Source: Chlorokybus atmophyticus (taxonomy: Eukaryota; Plantae; Mesostigma and Chlorokybus algae). From it: a stretch of 64,000 bases of DNA. The notes beneath the pieces are model-generated. The model made no database searches. It was given only the letters and a program-made list of their open reading frames with translations, and was not told the DNA's origin. Below are positions 42,171 through 56,275 of the stretch, piece after piece. How positions within the stretch are numbered: position 1 is the first letter of the stretch; each line of letters begins with the position of its first letter. Location: the NCBI GenBank assembly GCA_009103225.1, contig RHPI01003491.1, forward strand, positions 341,292 through 405,291. The letters are read 5' to 3'. Made by a program: the position numbers and the translations under genes.

Positions 42171-43391
42171 ATGGATCCGTATGCTGGGTTGTCGGCGTCG
42201 GCGTATTCGGAGGAGGTGGAGGCGCTGCACGCGGAGACGGGCGTCAACAGGACGGTGCTGCGAAGGCTGTTGTGGCTGCACGGCGGCGACGCCAGCTACG
42301 TCTGCAGCGTCATCTGCACCGACAACGACGCCGCGGATGAGTACGACGACTACACCCACAACGCTTGCGTTAGAGTGGTAAGCAGGGATACTCTTTCTTT
42401 CTCCGCAACCTAGCCCAGAACATGCATGCGCGGTCTGGCTACCATGCATTGCTTCGTAAGTTAACGGGTGGGTTATTGATGCAGTGAGTAACATGGGAGT
42501 GATTGGTTGAGTGTGGGTGCGTGAGTCAGTGAGCGAGTGCACGACTGTTTGATTGCATGGACTGCCTGATCTCGCTTACGTGCTTGAGACGCTGATTGTT
42601 GACGTTGATTGTACTGGCTTGGAAATGCATTTTTGCTCACTCACAGGATGATGACGTTTATGATTACATCATGGTCGGTGAGATTGGTGAGGTGTGGAGG
42701 GACGGCGGTGCGAATGAGGCAGAGACCGATCATTGCGCTGCTGTTGTTGGTGACCAGATTTGCCAGCTCATTCCGTTCACACTGCCGACAACAACCACAA
42801 CAACAATCACAACTATGACAACACTAACATCAACATGGGAGAGAGGTGAGAGCGGACAGCAGCTGCAACCACTAATGTACATGTTGCACCACTGTTGTGG
42901 GTTGTTGCAAGCATGGTTGATGAGTATATGACATATATATGACATATACTCCCGCAGGTGAGAGTAGTGCGATGGGTGCGCAACGGTTGCAACATGAGCG
43001 GCAAGCAGAGCCCAGTTTACTCATCAACAAGCGGCGGTCATACGAGTCTGACTCCGACACTTGCACGCCGCTGAAGTCAACTCTTGTTGCCACTGCCGGC
43101 AGCCCCAAAACAAACGGTGAGAGAATACACATGTCTTTGTACTCAGAACTACCGAATTGAATATGTTGTGCATCAGGTGAGAGTCCCACTTCTGTGCTGG
43201 ACTTTAATGAAGCCAGCCACTCCCGTCTAGCGCATGTCAAGAAGCGGATACGTGTTTCAGGTGCGTGTCATGTGGTACAAGTCAACTCATTCGTATGAAA
43301 TGAGGGTTGTGTCTCTGAGGTGCGGTGTTGTGCTTGCTTTGGTGCAGTTGAGGAGAACGACCCCACATGCCGACGCCTGCAGCCAAGTTGA
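42171..43391 (+). CDS. Hypothetical protein with a UBA-like N-terminal segment and disordered C-terminus
   Basis: GC-rich first exon MDPYAGLSASAYSEEVEALHAETGVNRTVLRRLLWLHGGDASYVCSVI. Later exons join at GT-AG sites (DDDVYDYIMVG..., ...TPLK...SPK..., ESPTSVLDF..., VEENDPTCRRLQPS*). Confidence 0.5.
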
Positions 43392-44422
43392 CATCAGAGC
43401 AAATGCGACACTTGTCTCAGAAGCTGCAAAAATGTGACATTACAGCCATGGGCATGCAGATGTACAGCATGATATCGGCGTGCAGCTGTACAGGGTACCA
43501 ACCTTTTTTACATTTATATGTAGTGCGTTACTCCATTTGTATGTAGGAGCTACATAGGAAGCACAGAAAGGGCCTTATGTGTACAATGGTGAAAAGAGCT
43601 TTATCGCGTATCTTAGTATCAAAAGTTACAACGTGCCGAACAATCTGAGAGATGTTGCTGGTTGCACAGCGCCTGATAGTGGCTACATGCAGGCATAAAA
43701 TGATATACCGATATATCCATATCCACAACGAGGATGGCATGCGGCAGGGTTGTGCGCACAAGTGATGTGGTAGCATTCTGCAAGAAACTTGTGATTTTGA
43801 TGTTTGATTGTGGGCTTTTGACTGTGGATCTCAAGCATTTGACTGTGGACTAGCAATTGTGGATGGCAATACCTACGCCAGTTCCATTTGGTGTTTTCAG
43901 ACTGCTGCCACTTTGATTAGAGTGGCATTTGTTGAAACTGGGTCTGGGCTGCTGTTTGGCAGTAGCCCCAGACTAGTGTAGGACTAGTGTACTGCATGCT
44001 TCAATCAATGGCAACAGTTCTTAAGCAGCAGTGCGTGCGTGTGCACTACTCAGTGCGTGAGTACCGCCACATTGCCACACGCGTATCCGACACCACAGCT
44101 GTGTATGCCCAAAAATTAATGCACAGAGGTAAACCAAGTAAACCAAAGCAACAGTTGATATAACACAACCAACCAGCAGCAAACAGCAAACAGCGAGCAA
44201 AAGGCTGACCCGGGCCCCTAACAACAGCAAACTGAAACACAACTTGCAACACGCATGCAAGCAACTGTGTGGCTACGTGCAAAGGCACATAGGCACTCTG
44301 GGTGCATCTTATCCGTTTATATGAACAAGCGGTCCAGGTGCATAAGTGGGACCAGTGTTGCCTTGGCCCGCCACATGTGAACTTGTACAAAGCATTGACT
44401 GAGCCAACCGTACACATTTTAC

Positions 44423-47400
44423 CTACGTGGGCACGCCGTTCTGGCTTAGGAGGAGGGGGTTGATCTGCGAATCAAAGAGGTCGCTGAGGGCGTGCCGTAT
44501 TTCGAGCTGCTCACTGCAAATCAGCTCCGTGAACAGCGGGTAGAATGTCGCCAGATGCCGTTGGAACGTGTCTGCCGGCAGCTGCTGAAACGCTCCCAAC
44601 ACCTGAGAGGGGACAATTATGTTCAAAACACGACAGCGTATTGTGTGCGCGCATGCTTGCAGGTGTCCCTGTGTACTGTGCGCGCGCATGCGCACGTGTG
44701 TGCGTACGCGCAACAGTGTTCATGCACAGGTGCAACAATGTTCATGCATATGCGCAACATGCATGACATTACTGTCAGATGTGCATGCCTGAGACACGGC
44801 GGCCGCGCGGAAGGGAAGAGAGCGTCTGAGCAGTTGCTGCGGGGAGCTGTCGGACTGCGCGGCAATGGCAGCCGAGAGCACTCTCCTGCAAAGGTTCATG
44901 AGGCGCTCCTCAGCCGCCTTGACCAGCTCGCTGTCGATTTTATCAGAGTCGCCGGTGATGATGACCCGCAGCAGCGCCCGCGCGAGGACCTTCGTGCCCT
45001 CCACCTCCTGGCGCAGAAGGCTCGGGACGGGCCCCGACAGCCCCGCCTCCTGGAGCTTCAACCGCAGAGGCACGTTGTCTATGCAATAACACACAACATC
45101 AAGTCAATCACAACAGAGGAAACACTTCAGGTAGCGGCTGTTGACAGCAATGTGTATTTGAGAGGGGTGTGTATGTACTGCTTACTGTTGAGGGCTGTGG
45201 AGAAGTCGAGGGAGTGTTGGAGGGTGTCAAACAGGTGTATGTGCATGTCGGGGGAGAGGTGAGAGCGCAGGCGGGAGTGCAGCACGTCCGCCATGGTGAT
45301 GAGCAGCAGGTGGACGACGCACTTGGACCGCATCATGTCCGCCTTGTCTCTCACCAGTGAGCTGCTGTAGCCGACCTCGGGCTCGGCCTCACCCGCGGGC
45401 GCCTCGGCCACCATCGCGGCAATTGGATCCTCAACGGCGTGTATCTCCCCTTCCGAGGATGACAACGGCAGGTTCCCGGACTTGCTGCTCGGCAACGACG
45501 GGACGCTGGACAACTCCACGGGCATCGTTGCTTGAAACGCCTCCCTTACTGTACCCAACACCTGTGTGACAAATACAGACAAGGAGGTCAGGTGACTGTC
45601 AGGTGACTGACTGACAGATGACAGAAGCAGGCGTGCGTTGCTGTTTCACACCTGCATCCAGCCTCGTGGGTCGAGGCGCGGACCGAGGCTGTCGATGAGC
45701 TGGCCAAACTCCGTCACGGCAGTCGCGGCCAAACTCTGGTTCGGGGATCTCAAGCACGCCAAAAGCAGCTCCAGTTGCTGCGGCAGCAGGAACGCCACGC
45801 TCGTATAGTACTTGGAGTAAAGCTGTTGGTGTTGATGACAAGCACAAATGAGGTTGAGGGCCTGTGAAATAGCAAGAAACAGCACAAACGGGCAGCACCA
45901 CTGCGCACTTGCCTGGCAGAGCATTGGGAGGCATCTGATGCAGACATTCTGCAGAAGAGTCTCGCGCATGGGCGTGGTGCTGCCCTCATCATCATCACGC
46001 ACCTGAGCAGCCGAATACATGCGCATTCAGCACGGCATCAAAATCTATGTAACCGCACGTGATTCTCATTACTCCACCCACCTGTACATTGCGTACACAG
46101 TCAAACACACTGAACAGTATGCTGTTGAACACGCGGCCCCAGAACTCCGTTGAGAACGTGTGCCCGTGCGCGGTCAAAATCTCAAAAAGTGCCTGCACAT
46201 AAAAGGGGCAACATGTCAATGCACTGCTAGTACCTCAACATTAACGTCAAACTGTCCTCCATGCGTGTGCATTAAAGGTGAAGGCATGCACACCTCAAGA
46301 GCGCGCGCGCGCACGGATGGTCGCTCATCTGCAGTGAGCTCCGACAGGCCCACGAGCAGGGGCATCCAGTAGTACTCGAGCACAGACTGGTCCTGGCTTG
46401 AGAGGGCGGAAGGGGAGACGCCTCCTCCTGGTGCCGAGGAAGTAGACTGGGTTGATGCGACCATGTCGCGTTGGTGCGCGAGGACGGTGCCGTCCGCAAG
46501 GTACGCCGCGCACACACGCAGCAGTGTGATTGCTGTAATCGATATCGCATCTGCCGACTTGCTCGTCGCAAATGCGTTGAGACAGTTCACGCAGTCCATG
46601 AACGAGAGCCCCGCAAAATGAGCAAAGTGCGTCCGCACCTACAAGGCAGGAAGGGTCAGACATGCCCACATGCACGCATGCCCACATGCATACAACATGC
46701 ACGCATAGAGGTACGTACCACATGGTCGACGGTGGTGAAGGCAAGGCTTGTAACAGGGCGTTCTGGGTCGCCGGCTGCAATGGTGAATGCCATGAAGACA
46801 GACTTCCAACCGGAGCGTATGGAGGAGACCCGCGACATGACCATCTGCGTGACGCACTGGACGACGAGCTCGCGGATGGTTGCGTGGGGGGTGCGGCGGA
46901 TGATGACCACAAAGGGCTTGAGGATGTCGTTCTGGAACGTGTAGTTGGGGAGCTCGGCGTGCTCGAGGTACTTGACGGCGAGCTGGCGTAGGGAGTCCAC
47001 AGCGTACATGGCGACGGAGGCGGAGGCGTGGCAGCCCACCTCGATGAAGAGCTCGGCCACCACCACCCATATGCGCGCCCACACCATGCGGATGCGCTGC
47101 ATGTTGTATGTGGATATCTCCACCAGCTTCTGCAGGGCAAACACCTGCGGGGGCTGCTGACGGAGCTCCTCGCCCGCCACGCTGCACAGCGCCGAGACCA
47201 GGTCCACTATCGCCTCGCTGTTAAGGTACACGCTGTGGCCAAAGATGCGCTCCTTGGCCTCAACAGTCTGAGCCGCAGCCTGCGTGGCCAGGGCCTGCGG
47301 GACCTCGGGATTGTACTGCAGCTGCTCAATGCGTGACAAACAGTCAATAACAGTCAGCCACGAGTCCTGCAAAGCGTTGCCCTGACTCATCGCCACCGTC

Positions 47401-50400
47401 AGCAACGTCTTCATGGCATCGATGCTGCGTAGCCGCAGCTCCCGTGTGCTCTTCAGGCTTGTGAACTTCGCTAGAGAGGTCAGGAATGCGTCGCGGAGGG
47501 TCTCGAGGCCAAGCACGCAGGCGAGGTTGGCGGCGAGGCGGAAGCCTTCCAGGCAGAGGGCGGTGGAGGCGGCCCGCGAGCTTTGTTGCATCACCGTGCC
47601 CTCACCCGCGTGGTCCACACCGCCGCCACCACCGCCGCCTCCCATAGCATCTTCTAGAGCTGCGCTAAGGGCCGCGAGCACGGGCCACCCTGCAGCTTCC
47701 ATCATTGGCCGCGCGTGCTCGCCTAAGCGTGCTGAGTAGAACACCATGCCCTGCTTGTTGCGGTGCTGGCGCAGGAGAGAGCGCGTGCGCTTGACTATGG
47801 CTTCGCTCTCCTGCGCCTGGCTTTGGGTGCGGCGGTGGCGTGGGAGGGCGAGGTTGAGCACGCCCGTGAGGAGTGTGTTGACATTGTTGTTGCCGCCGCG
47901 TTGCTTGGAATCTTCCGTCTCGTCCTTCATCTTGATCTCTTCACTGACAATTCGATCGTACAGGTCCTCCAGCATCTCTTTCGGGACCTCACTGTCTGTG
48001 CCGCCTTCGCCGCTGTTCATGCGCACAAAGTCTGCCTTGTTCATCCTGTCCGTGATGAGAGGATTGTGCGCATCCGTGTTCAGAATAATCGCTGAGTACG
48101 CCAATGTGTATGCCGCATCGGCGCTCTTGAACACCTCTGGGTTGTCCTTGCAAAATCTATGCAGATGAAAATGCAGTCAACACAATGTGCAACACAAGCG
48201 TCTCTGTTGGACTATTGAAAGACAGACGTACTGTTCTGCAAACTTCTCCATGATGCGGTCAATTTTCTGGGCTTCACCCGGAAGGCGGAAGCCACTGAGG
48301 AGTTTGCGGATGGCCTCGTCAAAGCGCAGCCCGGCAAAGGGAATGGATGCAACATATGCGTGCATGCCTGCAATGTTGGCATCTTCATGGCCTCCCAGGT
48401 ACTCTCCTATGGCAGTCTGTCGGCCAAGAAGTTCTTTATGCTTACAACACTTGTTATTCAGGCATGAACGGTCTCACTGTGCTGCTCTGACCAACACACA
48501 CACCTTTTCCAGGCCAGGGGTCTTGAGCAGAAAATCGGCCACGCTCTGGGGGTCTCCGGCACGGAGGACGCCCGCATTGGCGAGCATGGCAATGCCCTTC
48601 TCAGTGGCGCCACGGTTGAACACGGCCGTCCCGGCCTCCAGCGCCCGTCTTCGCTGATCCTTTGCAGCCTTCGCGCTATCGAACCTGTCGGCCTGACTCT
48701 CTGCGCGCGGTGACCCCGAAGCTGCTGGGGAAAGCTGATGTGTGAGTACAGTACAGTACCATTGACGAAACACAACACGCAGATGAGCATCATGAACACA
48801 TACTTGCTTCGGCCGCTGAGGCTGCTGGTTCTGAAGCCCGAGCAGATGCTGCAGCCGCGGAGGCTGCCGCCAAGGCACGCGCGGAGGCACTGGCATTGGC
48901 CAGAGCAACGGCAGATCCCATGCTGGCACTGGGAGGGCCGAACTTCTCTGTCCACTGTGTCAGCGAGCGCACCACCGCCACAAGGCACTGTGTTGGACAA
49001 CAACGGTGATTGGTGAGTGACTGCGAAAAGCAGAATGAGAGCGGTACTCATAATGACTTAAGCAACCTGCAACGCGGCCATGCGCAGGGCTGTTTGCTGC
49101 TGCGTGACAATGATGCTTGCGCTCTCAGAGGATGCTTGGGCTATATGTGACAGACTAGTCACCTGCGCATGTTTCGTGAGTGAACAGTTGTGATGCAAGT
49201 GCGCACGTGCAAGAGCAATCAAACATACCAGGCGCTCAAACAGGTTGCTGGCGTCGGGGTCGCAGTCATAGTTTACAAACAAGTCCACGAGCACCTGTGG
49301 GTCACGGCACAGCTCCAGCATTGCCCTGCCAATGCATGAGCAATCAACTGACAGTCCCTCCACCGTATGCAAGAAATCCGGTCCAACATCAGCAGGACAA
49401 CAGGGGCTTACTTGACAACAGTCGTTTGGACGGTGGGCGGCGTGCCCAAGTCTTCGAGCGCCTTCAGGACGATCATCGGGAAGAACACGGCACCAATCTC
49501 AGCCTTAAGAATGTCGCGGAAACGCAACACCATGACAGCAAAGATGGCTGTGGCGTGCGCAAACAGGGGGCTGGTGATGTTGACGCAGTTGCGGAGGACC
49601 GAGAGGCAGAGGTAGTTCTTGATGGTGGACACAAAGACGTCTCCCGTGGCGAAGGCGGGGCCGGAGTTCTCCACGAGCATCTTCAGGAGCTCCAGCGCAA
49701 GCAACCTGCCCTGAAGAAAGAGCCCCGCGTCCGTGCCGCCACCACCGAGACCCGCACCCCCGCCTCCGCCATCCGACCCGCCCGCACCACCACCATGGTC
49801 CATCATGGAGAGCTTGCACAAGGATCTGAAGACTAGCAATGCATCTTTCTGCCTCTCGCTGAGACTTTGCACCTTCTCTCTATCGCTCGGGCCGCCACTT
49901 TGCCCAGGCGACGGTCCCTATGTGACACAATGTGTGATACTGAGCTGCACAAACACACTACAACAATGTGGGAGTCAAACCTGTTCCATCTGGCCAAGGG
50001 CGGCGTCGAGGCCTTTGGAGTCCACTTCTGCGCTGAGTTTGGAGAGTGTGTCCGCAGCTGGAGCGGGGGTAATGGGCGAGGTGGGCCGTTGGTCCGCTGC
50101 AGTGGACGTGTTGTCACTGGAAGTGGACGCATCGGGTGCGCCTTCAACGCCTGCCCCACTCGTCGATGCGGGCGCCTCCTTGCTACTGCCGTTGCTGCTC
50201 GCTGTGGCGTCCCGCGGCTCCTCCATCAAACCCATCAGCATTGGAGACACTGTGATAGACTGCGCAAGAGAGAATAGTGGGTTCATCTATGCCATGGTGG
50301 TGCATATCTTTGCGTGTTGGTATGAGAAGACTCAGCGCAGGCGTACCCCTCCATCGGACTCCATGCGCTGGAAGATGATGTTGAGCATCTGCACGAGCGT

Positions 50401-51786
50401 GGCCTTCCCAGTGGTCTTGTTCACTTGATTCTTGCTGTAAGCAATGACACGCAAGTAGGACATGAGCATGCGTGACAAGGCATCACGGTAGATCCAACAA
50501 CACCCACGCACCTCCCTAGTGTGATGTTGTAGCACGTGCGCACAGCCCAGAGCAAGTTATCTCCATGAACTGCACAGAGACACACGACATCCACGTAAGC
50601 GTATGTGGCTGGGCGTGTGGTATGCTTCATACATGCATACTACCTGGGAAGGTGTTGGATACAACAGCAGTGAGGAGTACTTTGATGACTTGGAGCTCAA
50701 CGCTGTCGGAGGGGACATCGGCGCAGCGGCATACCATGAAGACGACCTCCGTGACCAGGTTGCGGCCGACGGCGTCGGACTCGTGGCCAATGCCGCGCAG
50801 GAAGCCGTGCGCGAGGAGCTTGTGCGCGCAGTCAAGTGCGGCCTCCATCACTTTGGGCACCAGTGACTCGCACGCCAACTTCAGCATTGCCACAACCTCC
50901 CCGGCCTCAGCGCTGCTCAGCGGCCGGATCGGAGCCGGCTGGCCCGGGGATTGTTGGGTTGCCGATGACACTTGTGGCGATGAACCACCCAATGACAGCC
51001 TCTGCTCCCGCGCACGAGGGGTTTCTGGCGGGGCCAAGGGCGGCACCGCTGCCTGCTCCTGCTTACTTGCTTGCCTGCGTGTGTGTGCGCGCACGTGTGT
51101 GTTATTGTTATGCACATGCAGGTTCAACAGTTGAAAGGTAACACTTTGTGGGACATCTGTCAAGTTGGAGGCTCATTTCAATCTTACCCTGTGTCTGGAG
51201 TTGACACGGGTGTTGTTGGCTGGATGTACGTGCCATCTGCAAAGAAGTACACGCTTAGCGATGATGGATGCACACGTGTATGCATTCCCGTTCATGCACA
51301 CCCTAGCTCGGACGTGACGGAGATGGGTTATCCAAGACTGCAAAGCGTCTTGCATGCTACTTTTAGTGCAATCATGCGTGCTTGCATTATGAACTGCAAC
51401 CAAGCAATGATAAGCATACAACTGTTGCTGACAACGACCTATGGACATTTCGGCACTGTGCATTACTCCTCGTGCAGTCTCCACTCACAACTGCAGTAAT
51501 TGTTTGTGCCTCCTCACCCTTGTCGTAACGACAATTAGACGCACGTATGTGCTTGACAATGTGCGATTGATCGACATGCGCTAACAGTGGCCTTGTGGCA
51601 GTTTTGTCCAACATGGGAGATCGTTGTAGACAACAACATTTGCGGCCGTAGGCCATGACCACCACACATGCAGATAGCATTACCCTTGAAGACGAGGCAA
51701 GCCTGGCGCAGGCTGGCATGCTTCTTGGGGTTGCGGGCGGTCTCCTTCAGGATCTTCTCCACCGCCGGGCGCACGAACACGTCCAT
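44423..51786 (-). CDS. BIG: Brefeldin A-inhibited ARF guanine nucleotide exchange factor (BIG-type large Sec7 protein)
   Basis: DCB ([31 protein letters not shown]), HUS ([18 protein letters not shown]), Sec7 ([21 protein letters not shown]; [17 protein letters not shown]) and HDS1 ([25 protein letters not shown]); ends [17 protein letters not shown]. Confidence 0.95.
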
Positions 51787-51902
51787 GTTTGTCAGTAATA
51801 CCAAACAGACAGACACACTGCCCTAACAACTGTGCTACTGTCAGCCCTGCCTCCGTCGCCGTCGCCGCCGCATACCCACGCGCTGCATTGCCACGTTGCA
51901 CA

Positions 51903-51911
51903 TTAGGGTTT
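51903..51911. promoter_or_regulatory. Telo-box upstream of the BIG gene
   Basis: TTAGGGTTT about 115 nt upstream of the ATG. Confidence 0.45.
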
Positions 51912-53090
51912 CCGCCGTGTCCAGGCGGCGTGTTTTACTCCGTGTGCAGGGCGTGTCCATACGTGTGGATGCTTGCATCAATCGTATGCTTAGTAAGCGC
52001 TGTGCACGAACGAGTCGAAGCCAAGGCTGCGAACCAATTAATGGAACTATTTATATAACTTTCAGAATGTGGCAACTTACATGTTCACATTACATGTAGA
52101 ATTGACGTTGCTACAATTACGAAGCGTTATGACACACATACGTCAACATGTGGATGCATTTGCACACCCACACCAACCCAGCAAGCACGCAGCAAAAAAT
52201 ATACAACAGCATTGCACCTCAAGTTTGTTGCTTGCGGTCAACCTTAACCTGCCCTGCTGCCTGCTACCGCCCCGCACCCCATTTGCACGCACTTACATAG
52301 GCCACATAGTAGCAGTTGTCTTTGCTGTCATAAATAAGTGTGTCTGTTTCCGGTTGTGTGTGCGCGCATGATGTGAGCGGCTGGTATACGGCTAAATCAC
52401 CATAATTGAAATTGACCTAAGGTCTGTGGTTGGCTATAACGACGGCGCTACGGGGCTGTTGTATTGACAATGAGATTGTGTGCGTGCTTGCACATGTACA
52501 ACCAAATATCATGTATCAGTATATGCATACGTAGCGAGGATTTTGAGAAGAAAAACCCGCTACACATAATGTTACGCGTTTCACGCAATTCATCACATAC
52601 ACGCTTCAATGCACATTCAAAATTGTATTCAATTATTAAAGTGGTATAACGTGACTTTAAGTCGCAATATGTTAATGAGTGTACTCGTAAGGCGCTTACA
52701 TGTGTGTAATATGAACATAAAAATTGCATATCGTTTTGCATTGATAAAGCATGCGGCAGCTAGCATACTGGTGCGCATGCCCAATATCACATAGAAAGGT
52801 TAATAACCAACACTTCATTTGTGCTTTACATTTGCCTCTTAATGAATATGTTGTGTTTAATCACACATCATATTGTTGCTCATGCATACATGTTGCACAG
52901 TTGTACGAAAATAATCAATTAAGAAATGTGCGCAACCTTGCGCACATTTCTTGTTTGCATGATCCAACCTTGCATGTGCTTTTCATAAATTTCAGCTTAT
53001 ACGGAACATGTGTCTTACTTACTAGTCTTATCATGTAAGTTACTCAAACAATGTGATCGCACAATTAGGCAACAGCTGTATCTGTAGACA

Positions 53091-53360
53091 TGTAATGCCA
53101 GTTAATGTAGAATTGGCTAAGAAGGGCTTATAAAGCATTAACAAGCAAACGACAACCTCTCATGGTAGCGACTTTTGCTACCATGGCCTAGTCAGCTAAG
53201 CCCCGCGTTACATTAAAGAGCTTTGACACTCCAATACCAACGTAAGGCGGCTTAGCCGACTAGGCCAAAGCAGCAAGTTGCTACCATGAAAGGTTGTATG
53301 TATTGCTTGTTAAGGCTTTATAAGACCTTTTTAGCCTATTCCACATCAACCGGCATTACA
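53091..53360. repeat. Imperfect inverted repeat with ~115-120 bp arms (hairpin or MITE-like)
   Basis: 53091-~53210 (TGTAATGCCAGTTAATGTAGAATTGGCTAAGAAGGGCTTATAAAGC...) pairs with ~53243-53360 (...GCTTTATAAGACCTTTTTAGCCTATTCCACATCAACCGGCATTACA). Confidence 0.85.
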
Positions 53361-53655
53361 AAACCCAATCTATAGGTCTTCATAAAAGTGTTGATAACAT
53401 CACTTGTCATTCATTTTGGTGAATACCTGAGCTATACGGAAGGCATGTTCGTATACATCACGTTGTGCATATCAAAGCGTAATAATGACTACCTGAACAT
53501 TACCTAGACGACATGCACTTCTTTCGATCTCGTTCATGCAAACGGGCATTCAAACATGCACTAGAATAGTAGTAGAGATCAAGGAGCAATTCCGCATTAC
53601 ACAACAACGTGCTATGACAAAGGGGAAGCGGGGGGGAGGAGGGGCAGTCTGTCGG

Positions 53656-53691
53656 NNNNNNNNNNNNNNNNNNNNNNNNNNNNNNNNNNNN
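53656..53691. other. Assembly gap (36 N)
   Basis: Run of N bases. Confidence 1.
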
Positions 53692-54514
53692 GGCAAAGAC
53701 AGTGATATAACTGTGTGATGTGCAATGCAACTGGCACATGTGCATACATGTGCGCATGTTCTGCACACATCCAATCTCGGTCTACGTACCGCTACTTGTG
53801 TGATAGTTGTCACGACTGTCAGTTAGAGTTAGTCAACTCTCTCTCTCTAGTTAACAGGCAGTAGCATAGCAGCAGCAGCAGACAAGCACGACAGCAACAA
53901 GGCACTGTTAGCAGCGTCAGCAGCAGGCAGTAGCAAGCACACGCGCGTGTATACTGCAATGATGCGTGCATACAAGTTGTGGTGTGGTCGTAAGCAACTC
54001 ATGCACCACGCATCAACTCAAGGGAGCGCGTTAGTGCACATGTGTGCCTTTATGAATAGACAAGACAAAGACAAAATCATCCACCCTTTGGGATAGGAAG
54101 GCACAGTCAGCACATCCAACGCCATGCGTGTGCAGTTGTATGCATTCATGGACTTGTGCAGCTGTGTTGCTTCCAACTTGCCTACTGCATGCTCAACAAG
54201 CAATCCATGTTCGCCCAAGATACCTGATTTTCCTCCAAACAGACTCTCCAGACCTTGCTCAAAGCGCATCTGCTTTTGTCCTCTTCCATCATTCACGCGT
54301 GCTGGTATCGGCAACCATGCACGATCGCCAAATGCATACATCTCGCACCCATGTGGCCGACGACACATCATCATGGCTCACTCACTGCCCCTTGTTCCTC
54401 GGCCCGCGCATCTTGAACACGCCCTCGATGTCGCAACATGCTGCAGTCTCGCACATGATGTCGCCAATGGCTGGGTGGTCTTTGTTGTTACATGTTACAC
54501 ACCAACAACAACAA

Positions 54515-56275
54515 CTATCTCGAGTCTTGAAGCAGTTTTTTCACGAGTATCTGGCACTGTGCTTGGCTGAGAAATTCCGATTGCAGGATCGCGTTGGAGA
54601 CCAGAACCGTGGATGCGGGCGAACCCGTCTTCACCTGGCAAGTGCGTGTCACAACCAAGCAGCTCACTCAGCACGCACGATGGGAGTGAGAAGAGGTGCC
54701 TTACCCATACACGGCCGTTCACCCCGATGGCGATCTCAAACTTGATTGACGCCTTCTCGAGGGCCTCAAGCACGGGTGCGGCGGGTTTACTCAGCAACCT
54801 GTGTGCATGTTCCTTTTTTTTAATGACGTTGGTGTGACTTACAGACACACACGCATGCACGCAACCCATGCACCCACGGACGCATGTGCGCGCGCAGTCG
54901 CATGCCCACGCACACACAGAGGCGTGCGCCCATGCACGCGCGCGCCCGCACTTGGTGCATGCAGACGCCCAAGCATGCACACGTGCACGCACGCATGCAT
55001 GCGCGTACTCACTGGCGAGCGAGCGCGCTGGAAGTGTTGAAGCAGTAGCCGCCCGATAGCGGCCCGAACCCTGCGGCTTTCCCGCTGGCTGCATATGCCA
55101 AGCAGGCTTGATGTCACACACAGCCTTCATGACATGGCAGAGAGTCACGAAGTTGCATCGATATCAACCATACCATTCGCACAGGAGAGTTCCGGGTCCT
55201 GGTCTCGGCTGCACGCCACAACACGGCAGTACACCAGCGCGCCCGCCTGCGTGCGTGTGTTGGCATGTCACGCAACGGCTTTTAACGCCTCAAAACACTA
55301 CCATGAATGCGGAAGCGTTGATCATCATGGCCAACCGTCAAACAGAAATGGTCACAAGTGTGCACACGCCTGCAAGTTGGGTCTGTTTCTTCTGGTGGCG
55401 CCCTCGAAAGATAGGCCAGGCAGCGACGCGATGAACGGGCCACCGACATCTACCGCGTAGTTCTGATACGCACACGCACACGCACAAGAGTCAGCTTGGG
55501 AGTTGCTGTGAACCGCAACAATACAATGCCAAAGCCAATCTCAACAAAGATGCAAAGAAGTGTTTGCGGATATAGGCTGCTTACCTCTCCATAGCGCTCG
55601 TTCACAACGCCTATGACACAGTCTTCGAGTGTCGGTATGTACTGCGCACACAATGTGGGGATGATACAACACCTTGAGAAGCAAGACAGGGGGAACAGAA
55701 GAGCACTACGCTTGTTGATTGATGCCTACCCTTTTTTGCCTTCCTTCTATCCACAGCTTTCCCTGTTTCGTCTGCCGCACCACTCCCGCCTTTGTCGCCA
55801 CGATGTGATCACCCATCTGCACGTTCTAGTCAGGATCACCAATCTGTACTTTGCATGCAGTATATGTGTGTATGTGGGTTGTATATGTGCACCTGCATGA
55901 GTCCTGCGCCTATGCGCAGCACAGACGCCTTGTTGGGAACCGCCTGAACCACGTCGCCAGGGACCTAAACACACAGAGGGTGACGTGTGTGTGTGTGTGT
56001 GCATGGTCGTAGAGGAGGATGACAAAACCAATCAACGACACGTCGTTGGTGGTTTTGCGCAGCTTGACAAGGGTGGCGTATTGCGATATTGACTCGACAG
56101 GCAAAACCTCTGTCAACTCAACCACGCCAGCTATCTAAGGATTAGAGTGTTGATGTCAGTCTGGGTTGCGTGAGTACAGGTTGCTTACCACGTTGTGGCC
56201 TGCTGCGGCGCACGCCGCCTTCGCGGACGTCCCCGCCGCCCCCTCACCCTCCGCCGCAACCGCCGCCGCCGCCAT
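54515..56275 (-). CDS. RRP40: Exosome complex cap subunit RRP40 (EXOSC3)
   Basis: ...GHNV|VPGDVVQ...IGAGLMQ, ATKAGVVR, YIPTLEDCVIGVV, YAVDVGG..ASLPGLSFEGATRRNRPNL, FEIAIGVNGRVW|VKT...ILQSEFLS. Confidence 0.92.

Noticed and set aside
54018-54745. ORFs of 118-205 aa downstream of RRP40
   Set aside because: They are antisense to the last RRP40 exons or within its likely 3' UTR, and have no family motifs.
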